64,000 nucleotides of DNA from Clostridia bacterium (GTDB lineage: Bacteria; Bacillota; Clostridia; Oscillospirales; CAG-272): NCBI GenBank assembly GCA_017621475.1, contig JAGATA010000031.1:1929-65928 (forward strand), in the 5' to 3' direction. Positions 1-7,700 of the stretch are shown piece by piece. The stretch's first letter is position 1. The number at the start of each line of letters is the position of its first letter. The notes under the pieces are model-generated. The model searched no databases. It was not told the origin of the DNA and was given only the letters and a program-made list of their open reading frames with translations. The translations under genes were made by a program, and so were the position numbers.

Positions 1-399
1 GATGGCTTGGAGCTTTCAATCGGTCAGTGGCAGAAGCTTTCCATCGCGCGTGCTTTCTACAGTGATTCCGACATCCTCATCCTCGATGAGCCTACAGCAA
101 GCCTTGACGCCATCGCAGAGCAGGAAATATACAATCAGTTCGACACGCTCCGCAAGGACAAAACGACTATTTTCGTTTCCCACAGACTTTCAAGTGCTAC
201 AGTTGCTGACAAGATACTCGTTATCGACGGCGGCGTGCTTACGGAGCAAGGCTCCCACGCGGAGCTTATGCAGAAGCGCGGAACTTACTACGAACTTTTC
301 TCTACCCAGGCTAAACGATATATGGAAAACCCCGACGAGGCTTTCCCTGCGGAAGAAAAACCGCCGATGCCCACTCACGCAAGACCTCCGAGAAGATAA
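1..399 (+). CDS. ABC transporter ATP-binding domain, 3' fragment (gene begins left of the window)
   Basis: Frame 1 is open from base 1 to the TAA at 397-399. The translation carries an ABC signature-like LSIGQWQKLSIARA, Walker B ILILDEPTASLD and H-loop FVSHRL, i.e. the C-terminal half of an exporter-type NBD. A hairpin terminator follows. Confidence 0.85.
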   Translation, partial: DGLELSIGQWQKLSIARAFYSDSDILILDEPTASLDAIAEQEIYNQFDTLRKDKTTIFVSHRLSSATVADKILVIDGGVLTEQGSHAELMQKRGTYYELFSTQAKRYMENPDEAFPAEEKPPMPTHARPPRR

Positions 400-450
400 A
401 GAGGTCCGTGTCTGCCACAGATAACATACCTCTACCCGTCTAGAGTCAGC

Positions 451-487
451 AAACAACCATAGGTCAAAAACCTATGGTTGTTTTTTG
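451..487 (+). terminator. Rho-independent terminator after the ABC gene
   Basis: Stem AAACAACCATAGG / CCTATGGTTGTTT with a 7-nt loop, followed by a T-run (481-486). Confidence 0.75.
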
Positions 488-559
488 TTACCCTGCCTCA
501 CGCACCGAGTTATTGTTTTCGCACACACCGTATGATAAAATATAACCGAGGTGAGATAT

Positions 560-1504
560 ATGAGTCAAAATAAAAGCTATATGTCCGTCATCGGGCAAAA
601 CATAAAGAAACTTCGTGCAGGCAACAAAACGAGCCAGGCACAGCTTGCGCAGTTTTTGGGAATACAGACACAGACCGTTTCCAAATGGGAGCGTGAGGTC
701 TGCGCGCCCGATATAGAGAAAATACCAGAAATAGCTGCGTTTTTCGGCGTGAACATAGACGAGCTTTTCCGAACCGACAGCGAAAAATCGCCCGAGGTCG
801 CACTCTCTCAGCTAAAGAAGCTGATGGCAGAGTTAAAATTCCAAGATCTCTGCGAAAAAGCGCTCGAATTCGCCATAGCGTTTCCCCAAAACAAAGAATT
901 TACGGAATATCTTCTTGAAGGCGCGGTACAATCTCTTCATTGTAAGCTCCCTATTTCTCAAAGCACTCTGGAGCAAGCCGTAAACATCGGCAAGCGCACC
1001 GCGGCAGAGCACGCGGATGCATACGGGATAATTTACAATCTTTGCGCTCTTTTATACCTCTTAAAGCGTAACAAAGAAGCGGATTTTTACTATGATATGC
1101 TCTGCCCCGCAACACTCTGCCGCCAGATGCTCTCGCATTATAAATACACGGGCGAGGCAAGAAAAAATGCTCTCAAAGAAAATATAGGTATGTACCACAC
1201 GTTCATCGCCACGTCCCTTTCCCTTCTTTCGGACAAGGAAAAAGAGCTTTCCAATATTGTAAAATACCGTGACCAGGCGATATTCCACCACGAGCAAGCC
1301 TTCGCATATACGGGCAACAAGCGTTTTCTTGAAATAAATCTTTCGCTGATGCTAGCCATCCGCACGGCTTTTGCCGAATCCGGCGAAAGCGAAAAAGCGG
1401 CAGAAGTTCTTGCACAAGCCGAAAGATACGCGCAAAAATACGGGCTTCAAGATTGCTTCGCCAAGCTTTGTGTAAGACACGTCCGCGAAGAAAGCGGCAA
1501 TTAA
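560..1504 (+). CDS. XRE-family HTH transcriptional regulator with helical-repeat (TPR-like) C-terminal domain, RNPP/Rgg-like architecture
   Basis: GAGGTGA RBS at 548-554, then ATG 560; the ORF-track GTG 551 sits inside the RBS. N-terminal HTH_3 motif QAQLAQFLGIQTQTVSKWEREVCAPDIEKIPEIAAFFGVNIDELF. The remaining ~240 aa are helix-rich repeats. Confidence 0.8.
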   Translation: MSQNKSYMSVIGQNIKKLRAGNKTSQAQLAQFLGIQTQTVSKWEREVCAPDIEKIPEIAAFFGVNIDELFRTDSEKSPEVALSQLKKLMAELKFQDLCEKALEFAIAFPQNKEFTEYLLEGAVQSLHCKLPISQSTLEQAVNIGKRTAAEHADAYGIIYNLCALLYLLKRNKEADFYYDMLCPATLCRQMLSHYKYTGEARKNALKENIGMYHTFIATSLSLLSDKEKELSNIVKYRDQAIFHHEQAFAYTGNKRFLEINLSLMLAIRTAFAESGESEKAAEVLAQAERYAQKYGLQDCFAKLCVRHVREESGN

Positions 1505-1517
1505 ACGGGGTGAGTTT

Positions 1518-2066
1518 ATGTACACCGACCTTTACTGCCACAAAATGCTCCTCAAAAACGAGAAAGTCCCCGTAATTTTCACGGTGCTTCGCAAAATTTT
1601 GGGTGTTGTGTTTCTGCTCGTTTCCGTCTTGGCGCTCGTCATCGCCATTCACGCGACGAAAAGATTTTTCGCAATACTTCTTACCATAGTTTTTTTCACC
1701 GCCGCTGTGCCTATCATAATAATGGACGGCGCATATCTTGTGATTTGGCAAAAGCACATCGTAAGCGTTCAGGCAAAGCACGGCTTGCCCATAAAATATA
1801 ACAAACGCAAACTTGTTATGGGATACGCAAAGATATTTTCGTTTCTTTGGTTCTTCCCCGCCGCATCTTTCCTCATACCGGGCGGCAGCCTTTGGCTGGC
1901 GGTGCTTCCGCCGCTGCTGCTCGCAAGCGTGCTGACGCTCGTTCTTACGGAACACACTTGGACGGCTTTCGGCTTTTCACGACGTTCATATTGGCTTATG
2001 CATACGCTTGCGCTTGCCGCGCTCTCTGCGGCGGCGATAGCGTTCAGAGTGCGTATTGGGTATTAA
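1518..2066 (+). CDS. Hypothetical polytopic membrane protein (182 aa)
   Basis: GGGGTGAG RBS before ATG 1518, 13 nt after the regulator stop. At least four hydrophobic helices (e.g. GVVFLLVSVLALVIAI, FFAILLTIVFFTAAVPIII, SFLWFFPAASFLIPGGSLWLAVLPPLLLASVLTLVL). No family recognised. Confidence 0.6.
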   Translation: MYTDLYCHKMLLKNEKVPVIFTVLRKILGVVFLLVSVLALVIAIHATKRFFAILLTIVFFTAAVPIIIMDGAYLVIWQKHIVSVQAKHGLPIKYNKRKLVMGYAKIFSFLWFFPAASFLIPGGSLWLAVLPPLLLASVLTLVLTEHTWTAFGFSRRSYWLMHTLALAALSAAAIAFRVRIGY

Positions 2067-2070
2067 CACA

Positions 2071-2100
2071 GAAAAGCAGTTGCTTTCGCAACTGCTTTTC
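2071..2100. terminator. Bidirectional hairpin terminator between convergent genes
   Basis: GAAAAGCAGTTGC-TTTC-GCAACTGCTTTTC, a perfect 13-bp stem whose A/T-rich ends supply U-tracts in both orientations. It lies between the stop at 2066 (+) and the stop at 2102 (-). Confidence 0.65.
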
Positions 2101-2101
2101 T

Positions 2102-3889
2102 TTATGCTTTATTACCTTTTATGGTTCTATAATATTCCTCAAGTTTCTTTCTGCGGTAGATAACGCCCATAACGATGCCGACAGAGATAAAAAGGAACGC
2201 CGTTACGCCGAGTATAGCGAACGTAAACTGGAAAATGCTCATACCCATAAACATTCGCACGCCTGTTGTAACGTATTCTATTTCTTCAAACTGCACAAGC
2301 TCTCCGTAATCGGGCGCATCATCGGGGGAGATTATCGCGTCCTGCACGCTGACAGAGCCCACGTTCAGCGCAATAACATATTCGGTTGAAGCTTTTATGG
2401 AGCTGAGGTAATACGTCGCGTATCCGTTTTTATCCACCTTTACGGTCTGCAAAAGCTCAAGTCCTTTGCCCGGCACGTTCTGGTAAAGCGTTGCCGTGCT
2501 GCCCGCCGCGCTCTTGCCAATAAATATCTTCGGGGAGAAATCGAATTTCGCGTCGCCCGCGAAAGAGATCAAGTAGCTTGACGCATCGCCAAAGGCTTTT
2601 TTGTGCGCCTTTGTCGGCTCTGTGTTGCTTGTGAGGGTGTAGGTAAGGGTATAATTTTCGGGATGCTCTTCCTTTTTATCAAGGCGCTCGCAATCGATCT
2701 TGACGGTAGAGCCATCGTTCATATCGATAGTGATGTTCACGTCCTTGCCCGAAAGAGAGCCGATGGTATCACCGGGAATCTCCTGCTTATCGTTTACGTT
2801 GACGGAAACATCTATCTGATTTTCATCAACGTTTTTGGTCTCGCCGTTTTCGATCTGCTCTATGAGCTCGCGCCAGCCTTCGATGTTTTCAAGCACTGCC
2901 TCGATGGAAACATTAGTCTGCTTATCACCAACGATTTGGTTTTCCACGGTAATGGATTCCTTGACCGTTGTGGAAACCATGGAGTTATCGGTCTTATTGA
3001 CCGTTGTCGTGGTGATGATAACTGTATCGTCCTTTACGTCAACGCTTGACGAGGAGGACGTATTTTTTTCGGGTACAGTGTATTCAACCGATCCTTGGGA
3101 AAAGTCTTCAATGCTTGTACCGCGTATATCATCGGAAATAGCTTCGCCGTCTGCCGCCTCGCCGCTGTAATAAACTTTGTTAAAGTTTTCACAGCGATAA
3201 AAAGCTTTTCTGCCAATGGATTTGATGCTCGCGGACAAAGTAACCTGCGAAAGCATATCGCAACCGTAGAAAGTCCATTCGGGGAGAGTGGATATGTTCG
3301 CGTTCACCTGCGCTGTGACGAGCGTGTTGCAATACGTGAACATCTGGTTGCCCATTGAAGTTACGGATGCAGGAATTGTTATTGCCTGCAATTTGTAGCA
3401 ACGGTAGAACGCCTTTTTGCCGATGGTGCGAAGCGAGCTTGGCAAATTGACGCTTGCAAGGCTTTCGCAACATTCGAACGCGCTCTCGCCAATGCTTGTA
3501 ACGCCGGAGCCGAGAGAGAGCATTTTAAGGCTCGTACAATGGGCGAAAGCGTAAGCGCCGATGCTCTTAACGGTGTAGGCGATATTCACGGAAGTGACGT
3601 TTTCGCACCCGTAAAAAGCGAGGTTGCCCACGGAGGTAACGCCGTTTTTTATTTCGACAACGCGGATCTGATCCGCAACGTCGTGCCAAGGGGCAGGGTT
3701 TGTTTCCGTGAAATTGTTCATTGCTCCGCTTCCCGAAATGGTGAGCGTGCCGCCCGAAAGCGACCAGGTAAGACCCGAGCCGACCTCTGCCGCAGAAACG
3801 GCAGGGGCGAGCAAAGCCACGAGCAAAACAAAGACGAGAAGCGCCGCCGAGGCTTTGCGAATATTAAGTTTTTTTGCTGTTTCGCGCAT
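2102..3889 (-). CDS. BspA-type leucine-rich-repeat cell-surface protein, C-terminally membrane anchored (595 aa)
   Basis: AAGGAGG RBS before ATG 3889. Signal peptide ...LLVFVLLVALLAPAVSAA. Tandem ~23-aa LRR_5/BspA-like repeats (..AFYGCENVTSVNIAYTVKSIGAYAFAHCTSLKMLSLGSGVTSIGESAFECCESL..). Beta-rich Ser/Thr middle region. C-terminal TM FAILGVTAFLFISVGIVMGVIY followed by RRKK. Confidence 0.8.
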   Translation of the reverse strand: MRETAKKLNIRKASAALLVFVLLVALLAPAVSAAEVGSGLTWSLSGGTLTISGSGAMNNFTETNPAPWHDVADQIRVVEIKNGVTSVGNLAFYGCENVTSVNIAYTVKSIGAYAFAHCTSLKMLSLGSGVTSIGESAFECCESLASVNLPSSLRTIGKKAFYRCYKLQAITIPASVTSMGNQMFTYCNTLVTAQVNANISTLPEWTFYGCDMLSQVTLSASIKSIGRKAFYRCENFNKVYYSGEAADGEAISDDIRGTSIEDFSQGSVEYTVPEKNTSSSSSVDVKDDTVIITTTTVNKTDNSMVSTTVKESITVENQIVGDKQTNVSIEAVLENIEGWRELIEQIENGETKNVDENQIDVSVNVNDKQEIPGDTIGSLSGKDVNITIDMNDGSTVKIDCERLDKKEEHPENYTLTYTLTSNTEPTKAHKKAFGDASSYLISFAGDAKFDFSPKIFIGKSAAGSTATLYQNVPGKGLELLQTVKVDKNGYATYYLSSIKASTEYVIALNVGSVSVQDAIISPDDAPDYGELVQFEEIEYVTTGVRMFMGMSIFQFTFAILGVTAFLFISVGIVMGVIYRRKKLEEYYRTIKGNKA

Positions 3890-3905
3890 AGGCGCCTCCT
3901 TTTGT

Positions 3906-3978
3906 GGTTAATACCTCTTCCGTCGCCATAGGCGACACCTTCCCCAAAGGGGAAGGTGTCACGGTGTAAGCCGTGACG
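3906..3978. repeat. Cluster of GC-rich palindromic repeats; includes the left arm of a 16-bp inverted repeat flanking the DUF559 gene
   Basis: Three consecutive hairpins: GTCGCC-ATA-GGCGAC (3922-3936), ACACCTTCCCC-AAA-GGGGAAGGTGT (3936-3959), CACGG-TGTAAG-CCGTG (3960-3975). TAATACCTCTTCCGTC at 3909-3924 is the exact reverse complement of 4659-4674. Confidence 0.8.
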
Positions 3979-3987
3979 AAAGAGGTT

Positions 3988-4341
3988 CTAAATCGACCTC
4001 TCCTTTACTCTCAAATCGATCATTCTGCACACACCGCGCAGATTTTTTGTTATGTCCGAATTTGGAAAGCGCAACACCTCTATACCCAAGCTGTTCAAAT
4101 AATTTGTTCGCACAGCATCGTGGTGCTTACCCTCCTGCTCGTAATGCTGGGAGCCGTCAAGCTCCACGGCAAGCTTTGCCGCAGCACAATAGAAGTCCAA
4201 AATGTATGGACCTACCGTAACTTGTCGGCGGAACTGAATGGGGTGAGTTCGCAAGTATGCGTACCACAACTTTTTCTCTTGTTCCGTCATATTTTTCCGC
4301 AATTCCTGCGCATATGGCGTGAGATTTGAATTGTGTTTCAT
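3988..4341 (-). CDS. DUF559 / Vsr-like endonuclease-domain protein (117 aa)
   Basis: AAGGAG RBS then ATG 4341 (internal Met of the ORF-track frame 3988-4656). Sequence MKHNSNLTPYAQELRKNMTEQEKKLWYAYLR...FRRQ..VGPYILDFYC...LAVELDGSQH......D..R..YL...GIEVLRF.N matches the DUF559 pattern as I remember it. Confidence 0.8.
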   Translation of the reverse strand: MKHNSNLTPYAQELRKNMTEQEKKLWYAYLRTHPIQFRRQVTVGPYILDFYCAAAKLAVELDGSQHYEQEGKHHDAVRTNYLNSLGIEVLRFPNSDITKNLRGVCRMIDLRVKERSI

Positions 4342-4379
4342 TTCTTGCTCCTTTCGTTGTTCAACCTCATCCACCACTC

Positions 4380-4700
4380 CGAGAACCCCAAAATATGCTG
4401 ACGCATAATTTGAGGCCCCCGATCGCGGTCCCCCTTCCCCAGAGTGGAAGGGCCTACGGCACCACACTCGGTTAGAGTTTCGCGCCTGCGAGCCCCTCCC
4501 CGTTGGGGAGGGTGGTTGAGCGTCGCGAAATCGGGTGAGGTTCTTTTCCTCTTCAGTCCCTCGTGGGACAGCTTCCCCAGAGGGGAAGCCATTGCCTTCC
4601 CCTTTGCGTAAGCAAAAATTTGGGGAAGGTGGATTTTGCGAAGCCGTGCAGAGCAAAAGACGGAAGAGGTATTAGCCCCTACCTTATGGGGTGCGCCCTT
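4380..4700. repeat. Array of short GC-rich palindromes (same family as 3906-3978, 20640-20905, 61886-61923); includes the right arm of the 16-bp inverted repeat
   Basis: Palindromes of type CC(C/T)TCCCC-N3-5-GGGGA(A/G)GG near 4433-4452, 4493-4512, 4571-4589 and 4619-4632. GACGGAAGAGGTATTA at 4659-4674 is the inverse of 3909-3924. The ORF-track reading through this region gives low-complexity G/P/R/S sequence and is not credible coding. Confidence 0.75.
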
Positions 4701-4799
4701 CGAGCGAAGCGAGAATTTAACTAAATATTAAAATCTGCTCTCGCTCTAAAGGGGATAGAACTGTTCGCACTATGAGGGTGCCTTTAGGCGGGTGAGGTA

Positions 4800-7700
4800 T
4801 TAGTACGGGTTATTGATCGTGATAGACACAGGAACGACATATTCTTTACCGTCATAGGTAAGAACAAGCTCCGTTGCTGTAAGAGTGCCTGCAGGGGTTT
4901 TGGAACCATTCCTGTAATCAAGCTCGCTGCTCGAATACAAAGAATATCCAATATATAATGTTTTCTCGCCATCACAACCATTTTTGTTTGTATTGTTTTC
5001 GCCCCAATTATAGCTATTCGTACCATCAGATGTATAGTTTCCACGTCCCCAAGAATCGTACCAAGTTGTATATAATGGGGTACCAGTTCCAAAACTAAGA
5101 GTTGCATCGCTAGCATAACCGGAGTTTAACAACTGAATACTTACTGTAGAAGATTGGTAACAATATCTTTTTGTTTTTGTAAACAATCCAGTTTCGTGTA
5201 TTGTACATTCCATATACACAGTAGCAGATGTGTCCGTTTTACTATTCGTTTTTGTGGTATATCCCTTACCGTCGCTACTTGTATCAACACCCATCGAAGT
5301 ACTAGGACTAACTGCACTAATCTTCACACTCGGGGTTACCGAATAAACACTCAACTTTGGCAACTCAACATCAAATGACGTATTATTCATATCCCTAAGC
5401 GTTATTGTAGCTGTCGGAACATAATCGCCGGCTATCTTGAGCGACAATGCATTGCCTTTAAACGTAATATTATCCGCACTCGTAATTGTAACAAGAGTTT
5501 CCTCTACTGTGCTAGCAGCTTCATAAGTATATCTACCGTTAGCTTTAGTGGTACTCATCTCTTTTTTCAAGGAGAGCGTTACGTTATTAGCAATCTGTTT
5601 GCCTTCAAAGTCCGTAATGGTAAATTCGATTGCGTTAACATTGTGTGATTCCATAAACGCACCTGTTTTTTTGGTAACCTTGCCTGTTGCATCAACATCT
5701 GCTCCATATACAGTTTGAACACCGCCATTGGCTCCGATATTGTGTGTCAATTTATATGTTGCAATCACCTTTATTGTAGTATTGCGATTTGCAAGTTCAT
5801 CTTCAACAACAAAATAGTAGCCGCTTGCCGCTGTTTCAATCATCTGCTCAACCGTCATACTCGTTTCTTCGTCAACTTTATCGGTAATCTCTACCGCGTT
5901 GCCGTTCCCTTTAAAGATAGGTTTAAGCGGGTCTGTTTGGAAGAAATCTATTTCGCCCTCTGCGTTTCTATATGCAACGTTCGTTGCATATACCTCTTTA
6001 AGCGTCCAATAACCGTCCTCGTCGGGAAGAGTGAATATATAATATCCCTCATTTTCCGTATCCTTTTCGGCGCTAATAAGATATTTGGTTGTTGCTCCTT
6101 CAATTTCTTTTTCAAATAAGCCGTAAACGATAGCGGAATCACCGTTTTTGAAGCCAACTGCAACCTGTGCATTGCTTCCGTTTATAACGATAACCTCTTC
6201 ACCGGATGGCAATATCAAGTTGCTAAACTCTGCGGGGTCGCGGGAAATAGCCGTGACAACGGATGCGCTTATTGCTTTGGTAATATTTTCACCGTTAACA
6301 GATGCGCTTACGAATTTATATTCGCCAACACTATCCACGGGGATATAGCCAACGTAGCAACCGCCGTCCGCAGTGCTCCATTCAAGGTCTGCCGTTGCGT
6401 TCTTAGTATAGGTCAACTTCGGCTCTACAAGACCTATTATCTCTTGACCTGTACTGTCGTAAACCTTCATTTTTACAAAGAAATCGTGGCTACGATCAAA
6501 TATAAACTTATAGTCATTTCCAACTTTTTCAAACTCGCCCTCAATCTCGGTAATATCGCAACAGCTATCATCGTGCGTGAGCCATACGGCTACGCTGAGC
6601 TTGGTGCGTACTTCGCGCGTGTAGGTCGAGCCAACTGAATAGTAAAGTCCATCGACCATAATGTTTTCAAGCGTATACGTACCGTCGGAAACAAAAGTAG
6701 CCGTACCCGTATAGCGGCCGCTGCCGCTTTGAGTTTCCGTAAAGTTTATCGTTACGGCAACGTTATCTTCGTTGATGAACACACCTTTAACGCTGCCCGG
6801 GGTAAGAGTTCCGTTTTCATATGCGCTTATATTTACGGAAAAGCTTTCCGTAACGTAGTCTGAAGCGGTCATATATTCGTGCGTCAAGCCCAAATTGGGG
6901 TCACCGCTGAAGCCCGATACGCTGAAGCCGTGAACAATGACCTTTACCGCTTCGGCGTTACCCGTATCGACCACGTTCGTAAGCTTGCGCTCAATACCAT
7001 CTGCAAAAACGCTTCGCAAGATGTATTCGCCGGGGGCGGTGAACGTAGCAGTTGCCGTCCACTTTGTCGGGTCGCTTGCGCTTTGAGTAAACTCAATAGT
7101 TTCCCCGCGTGTACCCTGCGTTGTCGTGATCTTACGCAGGAAGTTTGCTGTAATTGTTTTGGGAGCTTCGCCCTCAACAGAAAGTTCTACCGTTGCAGTG
7201 AAGGATTTTTCTGTATCCTTAAAATAGAATTGGGGGTTTTCCTTACCCTGAGCATCCGTAACCTTTGCCGTTATCTTGAGCGTTTCGGACATAAGCTCTT
7301 CATCGTCAAGGGGCTGGGGCTCATAGGTGTTGCCAAACTGAAGATTGAGCTGACCCTGAATATCGGAGGAAGAAAGCACTTTGTCATTGGAAACAACATC
7401 ACCATCAAGATATACAAGGGCTGTGATGAGCGTAGGTACGTTCTGCTCAAGGCTCATTATCGCGCGGATATCGTCGCCTTCCTCTGTGTCCTCGCCCGTG
7501 TCGATGGCATTTTCATCGAGCATAAGCGGAACAACGTACTTACCGTATTCGGAGAAGCAATATTCCGTTGCAAGGCTTGCCGTAGCAAGGAGGGTTCCGT
7601 TGCTGTCAACAAACGCAACCTTGAAAGCTTTGAGAATGTCAAGTATCTGACCTTTTTCGCCGGGCTCTGCATAAAAAGTATAGCAGCTGCCCATACCCTG

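Noticed and set aside
4342-4656. N-terminal 105-aa extension of the DUF559 ORF (track ORF 3988-4656)
   Set aside because: The extension is translated from the GC-rich palindromic repeat array, giving low-complexity G/P/R/S/E sequence. A good AAGGAG RBS and an ATG at 4341 give a typical ~117-aa DUF559 protein.
3906-4700. Clusters of GC-rich palindromes here, at 20640-20905 and at 61886-61923, considered as a possible CRISPR array
   Set aside because: The units differ in sequence and length, the spacing is irregular, there is no repeat-spacer periodicity, and no cas genes are in the window. They are better described as REP-like intergenic palindromes.
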